Assembly: GCA_013265495.1 (NCBI GenBank)
Contig: MU058824.1
Span: 2,073,111 to 2,137,110 of the forward strand
DNA length: 64,000 nucleotides
DNA from: Vicugna vicugna
Lineage: Eukaryota
Direction of reading: 5' to 3'
Shown: piece by piece, positions 53,302 to 64,000 of the stretch
Position numbering within the stretch: position 1 is the stretch's first letter
How the letters are laid out: each line of letters opens with the position of its first letter
The notes under the pieces: generated by a model
The model's database searches: none
Told to the model about the DNA's origin: nothing
Seen by the model: only the letters and a program-made list of their open reading frames with translations
Translations under genes and position numbers: made by a program

Positions 53302-54640
53302 CTAAGAGGATTTAGAATTTAAGGAATCGCCATATCGCTGATAGGTTTTTGATTGGTTAATACTGAAGAATCCAAAGGTGACGCTGTCTCAGTGATTCCT
53401 GAATTGGCACTTGATAAAACTGGGCAGAAGCTGGGGGATGTGTTCAACAATTCATACTGGTTTTTCTGTCTGAAAAAGCCTGACCTCTGTAATTTATGCT
53501 ACATCAAATTGAATTATGGTATCTTAAGAAACTAAGAAATCAAAAACAAGTGGTTATAAAGATCTTTAGAGATTAAACCCCTGTATTGCAGGCTTTGTCT
53601 CTCACACACACACGTATGTATGTGTATATATTTAGTCCTGATTCCGAAACAGGGACTCTGAGATTTCTTTGGATGTCTTTGTATGAAAAGAAAGTCACTC
53701 TTAGGAGTCCAAGAAAATAACTTAATTACTGGTTTATTTCTTATTTATTCTATGACTATTTACTGGGAACCTGTATGGGTTAGGTTTTGGTGATAAATGA
53801 GATGGACAGAATGTAGTTCTTGTTGCAGGTCATAGTGGAGGAAGAAGACACCAGCTCACTGTTGTATTACAGTTAGATAAGTATAGTAATTAAATCAGAA
53901 CATGGTTCCTGTGTTAGTACCTCACGGGAAGCAGTTTCAAAAATGTATTGCCTATAGGTGATTTTAACGATGTGATCCCAGATAACTGAAGATTTATGAT
54001 CAGCGTAACCAAATTAGACACTGTCAACATGACGTGGGCTTTCCTAATTGCCGCTATAAATCTTCATAGCAATTTGATCATGGTTTTGAAATGAGCACTG
54101 CTGCCTGTGGCTACTTGCACAGTCATTTGTGGCTGATGATACTGCACTCTTGAACCAAACTGGGTTGCCTTTGAGATTACTTAGAACCTCTTAGGGAAGT
54201 ATCTTTACTTTGATTTTTAAAAGCTTTTGAATTCAAAATAATTGTAGATTCACAGGAAGTTGCAGAAGTAGTGCATAGGGCCCATGTACCCTTGACTTGG
54301 CTTCGTCCTGTGATTATAATCTTGCATAACTATGGTATAATATGAAAACCAGAAAGTTGACATTGGTACAGTCTACCCTTTACTTTGATTTCAAATTCTT
54401 TTCTCTTAAAGTTACTTTGAGACTGAATCAGATCTTGAAGTACAAAATGTTGATATTTAATATGGAAGAAATAACTCTGAGGATGATACCAATCAGCCTT
54501 CTAGTAAGAGGAGTGTTCTGTTGTTTGGGGTTTTAATATTCTCAGGGTTTTAGAACTAAATCCTAAATATAATCCAGTTTCATTCTCCACCAGCTTGCCA
54601 GCCTCTTTGGTACTCCCCAGTGACTGGCCTTCTCCCCCTC

Positions 54641-54727
54641 CTTAAACCCCTCAGTGAGGACCCTTCAGCCCTGCTGTGTGTAGCTCTTAAACCCCTCAGT
54701 GAGGACCCTTCAGCCCTGCTGTGTGTA
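54641..54727. repeat. Perfect 42-bp direct duplication (period 45)
   Basis: cttaaacccctcagtgaggacccttcagccctgctgtgtgta at 54641-54682 and 54686-54727. Confidence 0.95.
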
Positions 54728-56037
54728 ACATTATTAAAATGTTCTTCCTTTGTATGAAATGAAATCTGTTGTCTAGCAACTCCGCGCTCCAGCAGGGCTG
54801 CGTAGGGTAAAGCTGATCGCGCTCCGTGTTTTCTGCAGCTATTTCTCATAACATGTGAGCACCTCGCCCCACCCCCGATCCTTGAGTCCCCATGTGAGCT
54901 TTTGTCTCTCGGCAGATATTTCCAGCGTCCTGTTGTGAGGAAATTTGGGTCTCTGGGTCATGAACTTCTATTCCTCAGAAAGAGAAATCATTTGAAGTAA
55001 ATCTATTCCTTTTCATCTTGGAAACTTTTTCAAAAGAAAGGAACACAGATGACATCCACCTCAGTTTAGCCTTTGCTTTCTGGTGCCTGTAGGGGGAACC
55101 CTTGATAGCTGATTATTTTCACTAGCTTCGGGATAAACTCCAGGAGTTGAAGCTGTTTAGGTCATTCTGGCTTTGGGCCCACCTGCCCCAGCTTTCCAGA
55201 ACAGTAACTTCCACAGGAAGTGCTGATGTTTGTTAATCACATATAGGATGAAGTCAGAAGGATAAGGGTCATTTCTTAAATTTTAAAATTGTAGCTTGGT
55301 TTAAAGGGCAGGATGGATTATTCCAGCATATGGAGGCTGTGACAACCAGGCAGAATCATGAGCTAAATGCATGAACTGTGTGTGTGTGGCTTATTTCTTT
55401 GGACAGAAGAAAATGAAGTTGAGGACATGAATCAACCTCTTGCTGGTAGTTTTCTTTTTATAATATGGTCCCAAAGGAGACAAATAAGGACTCAATAATA
55501 ATGGAACCTGTATTAGCTACTGAACTTCTGGCATGTCCTTGGCACTGGGCACCTACTTTCCCTCCATTGATCAGAGGGTAAGTAACGTGCTCAGGCTCCA
55601 CAGTTGGCACCCTTCCTAGCTTGGCTCTCCTGCCTCCCCCAGTGCAGGTGCAGATGCTCAGCAAACCATGCTGCTGTATGTGAGGGTCGGCAGGCTGGAC
55701 CCTTCTGGGAAGCAGTGTGGGAGATGTGGAGAACACTGAGGCTGGTCTCAGAAAGTTCACGTGCTGCTTCCTGCTCCACCCTGTGCTAGCTGTGTGACCT
55801 TGGGCAAGTCCCTGCATCCATCTCCACCTCCTGGACCTTACAGAGTTGTTATGAGGATAATGCCTGGGAAAGTATTTTCTAAACTCTTCATGGTCTATAA
55901 ACTTAGCTTATTTTTAAAATTGTACCTGTCATCATCAACACCCTTTCTCTGCCACACTGCTCTGGCTTACCTGGCTGGACAAGCAGATTCAGAAGAATCA
56001 AGGGGTCCATAAAATCCAATGTATGGATGGCCTGGGT

Positions 56038-56100
56038 TTATTATTATTATTATTATTATTGTTATTATTATATGTTAATATTAATAATAATAATCATTAC
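56038..56100. repeat. (TTA)n/(TAA)n AT-rich simple repeat
   Basis: Seen directly. Confidence 0.85.
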
Positions 56101-57089
56101 AGATTTTTTTTTAAAGGACTTCTTTTAGCAAGTTGTAGGATGTTTTGCTAAGGGAGAGATCACAAAGTGCCTGCACCTGAAGGACCGATTGCCCACCTGG
56201 CTCTCCCTCCTGAGGTTGTACGTGTACCAAGAGCCGCCTTCCCTGCCCGTGCGTTCGGTCAACAGCTCAGCCTGTCTCATGTGTGATCCTCTTTAGCACC
56301 CTTTCTCTTCCACCTTCTTTCCTGATTTCAGCCCAGATATTTCAGGGAAATCTCTGCATTTCTTTTATGAGAAAATAGAATTGTAATCATGGTGTGAAAT
56401 TATTAAGGGAAGTTCTACCTCTGTGGCAGAAAAGAGGCGAGTCATAAGGATTAAAGCTCAATGAAATATAAGAGATTTTTGGTCATTTGTTAAAAATAAG
56501 CTTCCTCACCTAGACAGTCACCAAATGACCCTCCATTGTCCTTGATGTTCTGCTCTCTGCCCCTTCCCTGCCTTTGTGGCTTCCGGGAGCTGGGACTCAG
56601 AGAGGACATAAAGTTTAGGTCAGTGCATGTGACTGTGAACAACAAGCACTAGAAAAGCCTTGTCAGTGCGCACAGTAGGGCAAAAACTCAGTGATACACT
56701 CCCTGTTTTCCGATGGAGGGGACCGCTTGGCCTCTGAACTCCTACCACACCAACCAGTCAAATTTGAGTCAGTGCATGTTTATGTTGTGCTGACAGAATG
56801 AGTAGGATTGGGTGTAATGCAGGGTTGTAGATAGCTTGATTCAGATTCTTCTCTAATTCTTCATGCAATTCAAGATACATAAAACTTTTTAATTCAGTGT
56901 TTACAAATTTTATTTAAAAAATTATCCACATGCTGAACACTGAAGAACTGGCTGATAATTCTTCACAGTGATACAGACATTATGGTTTACAAAGCCATTT
57001 ACAATATATTGTCTCCTTTGGTATCTTAGCAATGTTATGGGTGGATTTTGCTTCTAGAAGCTAAGCTGGGAGTCTAACCACTATTTAGA

Positions 57090-57299
57090 ACAGGGCGCAG
57101 CAAAGTATAGTCTGAAGGCCAGGTTTGGCCCACAGCCTGTTTTTCTACAGCCTAAGAGCTAAGACTGATCTTAACATTTTTAAAAGATTGTAAACAAAGA
57201 CAGACAATGCTCAAAGCAGAACCTGTGACAGAGACTGCGGCATGTAAAGCTAAAAATATTTACTCTTTGGCCCTTTACAGGAGAAGTTTACAGACCCTG
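57090..57299. mobile_element. MER58-family hAT MITE
   Basis: cagggcgcagcaaa...tttggcccacagcctgttttt...aaaatatttactctttggccctttacag...gaccctg. Confidence 0.75.
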
Positions 57300-57869
57300 A
57301 TTCAGAAATTATTTCTCTGAAAAGGTGTTTTGAGTTCCAGAAAGGTTATTAACAAAATAACTTTTGGATTATCACATGCTTCTAAGTCATGGATTCTCTG
57401 TATTTTGAAAGGATTTAGTCCTGTAGCCATGTGAGAAAACTTAACCAATATGGCATAAATAGTATTATAAAAAGCATGTATTATAATGTCCTATTCATAT
57501 GTGTAAAATGAGGTTGTACAAATCCATGCTTACACATATGTAGAACATTTCTAGAAGGATAAATATAAGTATGCTGACAGTGATTGCCTGGGGGGAGGGT
57601 CATGTATTCTCTGAGAATTTATTAGTGAAGGGAACTTTTCACTTTATCCTCTTCAGTATGTTGTGGATTTTTTTTTCTAATCATGAGCACAGATTATTTT
57701 TATATGTGGAATGTAAGGAGAGTAGAATGTCCTAACTTAAGTTTTAGATTTGTGTATCTAAATACATAACTATGTATCTTTGTCTTCATTCCCTGCCCCC
57801 TAAATCTGGTAAATATAGTTAGAGACATTGTTACTTTTTCCTGGAGCATCACGTGTGGATCACAAAACT

Positions 57870-58860
57870 AGAAACCACCCAGGTCACACATCAGCTGTGG
57901 AGCTGAGCCAGTTAGGGGCAGGTAAACCGGCTGGGCCTGGGCAGCTTGTCCCAAGGATGCACTGACATTTTCTGTTCTTCCAGAGACAGGGTTTTGGATA
58001 AGGCAGTGTGTTTCCAGGCAGAAGACATTGCAGGTGATATTGCTGGTAGAGGGCTGAGCCACTGAGAGCACCGAGCCCGGTACTCGCCAAACCTGTGCAG
58101 TTCATCCAATCTGGAGGAAGGGATGGGTCTCTGCTTGCAGGATCCATTCACTCATCAGGTCCACCCACTGGTTCTCTGTCTTCTTGCATTTAGTGAGCTC
58201 ATAGGTCATATGACTGTGAGGGTTGCTCTCCCTGGGTCCCCAGGGCTGCCCCTTACCCACTGTCAGAAGGGGAGCTCTGAGCTCAGGCTCAGGAAAGGAG
58301 AGTCTCGGAGCTGTGGATTGGCTATTCCCACTGGGTCAGGCAGCTGTGCTGAGGTGGAGGTGGGGCAGACTAGGAGAAGGGCAGGCTGGCATGGTGGCAG
58401 GTGGCAGAGCTGAGCCTGTGTTGGGGGTGGAGTAAGGCTGTCAACAGATTTGGAGGCTCAGGCTCTGCCTGAGTTGGGGAGGAGTCGAGGTCTGAGAGAA
58501 ATGGCAGAGCTAAGGCAGGACTGAGTCCCAGAGGGGTTAGGTAAGTTACCCAGGGACCTCAGGGACTTCAAGTCAGAGACCCCCTCATATTGGAGCTGGA
58601 GATTTTTCTTCTTTAGTTCTTTGCCCAATATACTATCTTTACCAAGATGAAAGGTCACATTCAAAGATACTTTCAGTATAGTGGACAACACCAGTAAGAA
58701 ACCGTGAAGCAAGGGGGAAACAAGTGACATAAAATGGATTGATGAGTGAAGCCATGCCCCAAATTTCCACTGGGTCTTAAGGTGGGAGGAGCTTTGTCCT
58801 CAGAACTTGCCCTTTCTTCCTCTTGGGAATCCTTCTACTACCACACCAGCAAGCCTGGGT
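57870..58860 (-). pseudogene. Possible degenerate C-terminal remnant of the SPATA31-like pseudogene
   Basis: ORF 57868-58071 contains HCLIQNPVSGRTENVS, resembling the recalled SPATA31 C-terminal HC..HCLLQ..VLSGQPENAS motif; same strand as and downstream of the main remnant. Confidence 0.35.
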
Positions 58861-59639
58861 CAGTCTGCTCGATCACTAGAGGTACATGGCTGAGTCTCAG
58901 CTGGCACTGAACCTATGACCAGACATACTGAAGCCATCATTCATCATCCATCTCTATCTGAATTGGCCTAGATGGCCCAGCCAACATAAAGAATCATGAG
59001 GGGAAGAAAAATTAGTGACATTTTAAGTTACTAATTTGGGGATGATTTGCTATGAAACAAAAAACAGCTTATACATTTAGCTACCACACTCTTGAGAGGA
59101 GCAGTGGAAAACTGGAGTTTTTTTTTTAACAGGAGAAGTTAACATGACAAAATCCTTAAATGATGAAGAGCAGGATGGATTTTTGCAATAAAAGTCATGA
59201 AAAAGTTATAATAAGTAATAACTACCATTTACCAAGCACTTCACATTAGGTATGGAACTAAGAGTTTTAACATGGATTATCTCATGAGGAAAGCTACTAT
59301 TATTATTTCCATTGTACAAATGAACAAGTTGAGTCTCAGGACATTAAGTTACTCTGCAAGTTCACATAGTTAGGAAGGGGGAAGACTTGGCATATAAATC
59401 CTGAGTCTGTCAAACTGCAGAACCAACATTCTTAAACACCAATAACTCCAAGGTTTCCATCCTAGAAGAATCTACAACTGTCGGTTCCATAAATTCAAAT
59501 GGAAGAGTCACAAAGTAGAACTAAAACTGAATTCACCACCTCTCTCCCTCAAATCACGTCTCTGACTTCTGGATAAACGTGGAATAAACCCATACATTTG
59601 TTTCTGCTGCCTGCTAAAATCCCATTAAATTGCAGCCAA

Positions 59640-61860
59640 AAGAGCAAATGAAACCCAAAGCAGAAGTCAGTGAAACAGAAAATAGAAAACAAAAGAAATC
59701 AATAAAACCAAAAGCTGATTTTTTTTTAGATCAACTTGGTAAACTTCTGGCCATACTGATTAGAAAAAAAGAAACACCAATGAACAGTATCAGGAATGAG
59801 AAGTGACACCTCTATGGATTATATTGATATTTTAAAGTAATATTATGAACAACTTTGTCCCAATAAATTAAAACACTTAGATGAAATGAATAAAAATATG
59901 AATATACAAATTACTAGAATTCACTCCAGGAGAAATAAATAACTTGAAGAACCTTTGTATCTATTAAAGAAATTGAAATTGTGGTTAAAACCCTCTCACA
60001 GAAAACTTCAGGTGCAGATGGCTTCCCCTGGCGAATTCCATCAAACATTTAAGGAAGAAAAAAGAATTCTAAGCAAACTTTTAAAATATTGAAAATATTC
60101 CAACTCATTCTGTAAGCCCAACATTACCATGATATCAAAACCAGATAAGCATATTACAAGAAAGAAAACTACAGATCAGTATCTCTCATTTGCAAAAATT
60201 CTAAACAAAATTTTAGGAAATTTAATCCGACAATATATTAAAGGATAATACATCATGACCAAGTAGGATTTATCCCAAGAACGTGGGCTTGGTTTAACAT
60301 TAAATAAATCAACAAAATTCACCATATTTACAAACTTTTGAAAAAGTAAACCCTATGGTCATTTCAATAGATGCCAAAAAAGCTTTTGACCAAATTTAAT
60401 ATCCATTCCTGGTTAAAAAAAAAATTCTCAGAAAGCAGGAATAGAAGGGAACTTCCTCAGTCTACAAAAAACCTACAGCCAACACCATACATAGGGGTGA
60501 AAGACTGAATGCTTTCCAACCTAAGATCAAGAACAAGACAAGGACATCCTTGTGTACCACTTCTACTCAGTATTGTACTAGAAGTACTAGGTAATTCAGT
60601 AAGGCACAAAAAAGAAATAAAAAGCACACAGATTGGAAAGAGAGAAATAGAATTTTCCTTATTTACAAATACATGTCTATGTAGAAAATCCTAAAGAGTC
60701 AACAGAAAAAGCTAATTATTAATAAGTGAGTTGGAATATAAGGTGGAAATGTGGACTATAAAGTCAAAAAACAAAAGTCAATTTTATCCCTATATATTAG
60801 TAGTGAACAACTGGAAACTTAAATAAAAATAGCATTTATGCTGGAGAGGGTGTGGAGAAAGGGAACCCTCCTACACTGTTAGTGGGAATGTAGTTTGGCA
60901 CAGCCATTATAGAAGACAGTATGGAAATTCCTTAAAAAACTGAAAATAGATTTACCTTATGATTCAGCAATCCTACTCCTGGGCATATATCTGAAGGAAA
61001 CTCTAATTCAAAAAGATACATGCACTCCAATGTTCATAGCAGCATGATTTACAATAGCCAAAACATGGAAGCAACCTAAATGTCCATCAACAGATGACTG
61101 GATAAAGAAATTGTGATATATGTATACACAATGGAATACTACTCAGCCATAAGAAAGAATAAAAATGTCATTTGCAGCAACATGGATAGACTTGGAGATC
61201 ATCATACTAAGTGAAGTAAACCAGAAAGAGAAAGAAAAATACCAGATGATATCACTCATATGCAGAATCTAAAAAACCAAAAAAACAAATGAACTTATTT
61301 ATAAAACAGAAATAACTCAATAAAAAAAGTGTAAACAAACAGAAACAGACTCACAGACATAGAGAACAAACTTTTGGTTACCAGGGAGGAAAGGGGGTGG
61401 GGAAGGGATAAATTGGGAGTTTGGAATTTGTAGGTACTAACTACTATATATAAAATAGATAAACAACAAGGCCCTACTTGTGCTACTAATATAGCATGGG
61501 GAACTATATTCAGTACCTTGTAGTGGTCTATAATGAAAAAGAATATGAAGAGGAATATATATATGAATAATTATGCTGTACACCAGAAATTAACACAACA
61601 TTGTAAATTGAATATACTTCAATTTAAAAAATTATAGAATCATTGTTAACTACTAAAATAGTACTTATGGAAAAATATGAAATACTTAGGGATAAAATTT
61701 ATCAAAATATGTGTAATATCTGTACACAGAAAATTATAGAACACTACTGAGGGAAATTGAGGAAGGTCTAAATATGTGGAGAGATCTACAATGTGAATTG
61801 GAGGCCATAATATCATTAAAGCATCAACTCTTCTCAAATTGATTTATAGATTTAAGGAAA
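59640..61860 (+). mobile_element. Old L1 ORF2 fragment with a younger 5'-truncated L1 (about 60840-61630) inserted in it
   Basis: ORF 60509-60694 (RTRQGHP..PLL..IVLEVL...RHKKEIK..QIGKREI..SLF) is L1 RT; inner element has the ORF2 C-terminus, 3' UTR and tail ...tatacttcaatttaaaaaa. Confidence 0.88.
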
Positions 61861-64000
61861 TAGAGTAAGCAGACTCTCTGAGGCAAGAACCACTTCACTG
61901 GGAAAATCCTGAGGCTGGCTCTGCAGCTATACCTCTAGTATGAGCCTTGGTCCATCAGCAAGGTGCTCTTTAAGTCTTGGCCATTACAGATCTCTTCAGG
62001 TGGGAGGGCGCATTCCTTGGTCACTGGAGTCCCTTGACCACTGGAGCCATTCAGTTTCTGTGCATTTCCCAGCTTACTGGCTCTCAGGACATCTTCCAGT
62101 TGTGGCTTAGGAGCTGGAGTCTTCTTGGACTCTCTATCACTATCTCCCTGGATTCTATGGCCTTTGAAGGAATCCCTAAATTAATCTCTAATATCCTTCT
62201 CCTAAACTCCAAGAAGATGCTCTCCGTTGTGCTGACCCCCTCCAGACACTCTGTTCTCTGCCTTTGTGGCACTGCTCCTCCCTGATAGGAGTCTCCTGGA
62301 ATACGACTCCACTCTCATCCCTTGGGTCATGAACTGCCATTGCTTGACTTGGAGTGACTCTGGACTACCTCTCCTGTCCCCCATACACTCCTGCTCTACC
62401 ACAGTTTGTCCGTGATGATGGGTGTGAGGAGCTAAAAAGTTTGCTCTTCCCCTTGGACTGAAGGTCCTCTGTGAACCATGACCAACATCTCAGGGCCCTC
62501 TGGCCTTCGTTGCTCACAGCTGAGGGTCAGGGAGAGGACTGTCCAAGATGTGGACTGTGATCAGCCTGTCTCTCAATCTGCCTAAGGGTTTCTCTTAAAG
62601 AGATAAGCAACCTTGGTTTAGCCATCCCTGAAACATGGAAGACTAAGAGAGAAAGATGGACTGAGAAAGAGGCTGTGATCGAGTCTGTATCAACTAAACA
62701 GTTCTATGGACTCAAGGACCTTGAGAGGTAAGCTCTATCTTTGCTGTACCCAAAACCATGTAATCTGGGCTTCCAGTGCTTGTTTAATGCCTGAATCAAG
62801 GAAGGAAAGCTTCCAAGAGGTGGCAACAATGAACTGTACATACCTACAGGGCTCCTACCGGAAACGTCTACCCAACTTTTTGTCCAAGTGAATCTTTAGG
62901 GTGTTTTCCAGTTGCTTCTGATCTGGGTTCCCCCTTGAGCTCCCTGAGTGACATACAGAGTCGGAGTCTAGATTCCTTGCAGGTAGCTTTCTAAATATCT
63001 GGATTATTTGGGGGATCTTCCCCAGACTATGTCCCTGACTCTGTGGGTCGTTCCCTAGGTGGCACTGCCGGCCCTTCACACGGAGTTTCCCCAGTGTCAT
63101 GTGGTTGCCTCAGTGTTACGCAGCCTACATCCTTCTGTGCTGCTTCGCCTCCTGCCACAGAGGGCTGGGAAGGATCATGTTTGCCTTTTGGCCAAGAATT
63201 CCCTGCTAGTTTGTCCTGAGGCTGTAATCTTCGCCAGGTGCGTCCTATGTTGGATGAAGCTCTTTCGAAGGTGGTGCTCCAGCTTTCCCCAGATCTCATG
63301 GCTAATAGGAAATTCTCCAGCAAGGACGGAACCTGGTTTTGGAGGTGGAGAGGCTGTGTTACACTGAGGAATGCTGGGAGCTAGTGGATTAAAGATTTGC
63401 AGAGATCTTTGGACCGAAAGAGGGCAAACACCACACGTGTTCCAGCTGCTTCTGCAGTGCCACTCCAAGGGTTGAATTTCCCTTGGGATGAGAGACTGTA
63501 CTTCACCCTGGAGTTCAGAGAGAGACACTCCGCAGGACCTAGCTGGGGTAACAGGAGAGAGGTTAAAGGTAGGCCTGAGTTAGGGCTGGATGTGGGCAGG
63601 GTGCGAGATGAGAGTGGGCTGGGGCTGCAGTTGGGTTTCTTTTATTCTGAATGTGGACCGGGCCCAATAGGGAACCCACTGAATAAGCCAAAGGGAGATG
63701 CCAGTGGGTATCAGCCACCTGGGACCAGGACAGTAGCCCCAGGGACTCACTGTGCAGAGAGGGGAGACCCTGGAAGAGCTGGCTCCATTTCTGCCACAGA
63801 GTCCCCTCAGGTTTTGGGGTTTGGAAACTGCTGAAGACCACGTAGCTACTCCACAAAGGTTGGGAGCCTGCAGTGTCCTTTTTGTCAGCAGGAAGCTCCT
63901 GAGTCATCCCAGAAGATTTCACTGGTAGTCTGCCTCAGTTGCGTGGGAAGCGTCCCTCCTCCTCTTCTCTCTCCTCCCATGTCAGCCTCAGCTGCATTGG
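61861..64000 (-). pseudogene. SPATA31-family (FAM75-type, D/E-like) pseudogene, large-exon remnant; continues beyond the window
   Basis: Collinear family motifs across shifting frames: QKWSQLFQGLPSLHSESL; QSLIPREIQPLEW; LQKQLEHVWCLP; GEFPISHEIWGKLEHHLRKSFIQH; KQLENTLKIHLDKKL; LSFLDSGIKQALEAQI; LPLKVLESI; ILEINLG. In-frame stops (TGA 63935-63937, TAG 62735-62737) and several frameshifts. Confidence 0.85.

Noticed and set aside
61631..61669. Possible 3' transduction after the younger L1 tail, with TSD-like aaaatag(ca/ta)(t/c)ttatg
   Set aside because: The repeat is imperfect and AT-rich and may simply be host old-L1 sequence
1..64000. CRISPR arrays, operons or other prokaryote-type systems
   Set aside because: The window is intron-containing mammalian DNA and I saw no repeat-spacer array

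Overview
Mammalian genomic DNA. The tRNA-derived SINEs look like the camelid Vic-type family, so the source is probably a camel or alpaca (inference). Two intact + strand protein-coding genes can be fully assembled from GT-AG splice sites. HEMGN (hemogen) has 4 coding exons at 25709-35637 and encodes 401 aa. TRMO (tRNA m6t6A37 methyltransferase) has 5 coding exons at 40564-53129, encodes 440 aa and has a CpG-island promoter. At the right end a disabled SPATA31-family (FAM75-type) gene lies on the - strand, runs off the window edge and is cut by nested L1 insertions; a probable C-terminal remnant lies at about 57.9-58.9 kb. The remainder is intergenic or intronic DNA rich in L1, L2, MIR, hAT/Tigger, solo LTRs and SINEs, several with readable target-site duplications (TSDs). 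I found no evidence of a new biological system. The best leads are the split SPATA31 fossil, the 14-aa repeat array in HEMGN, a possible in-frame uORF and tandem splice donors in TRMO, and several candidate cis-regulatory modules. Homology and repeat-family calls come from recall, not from database searches, and boundaries of ancient repeats are approximate.
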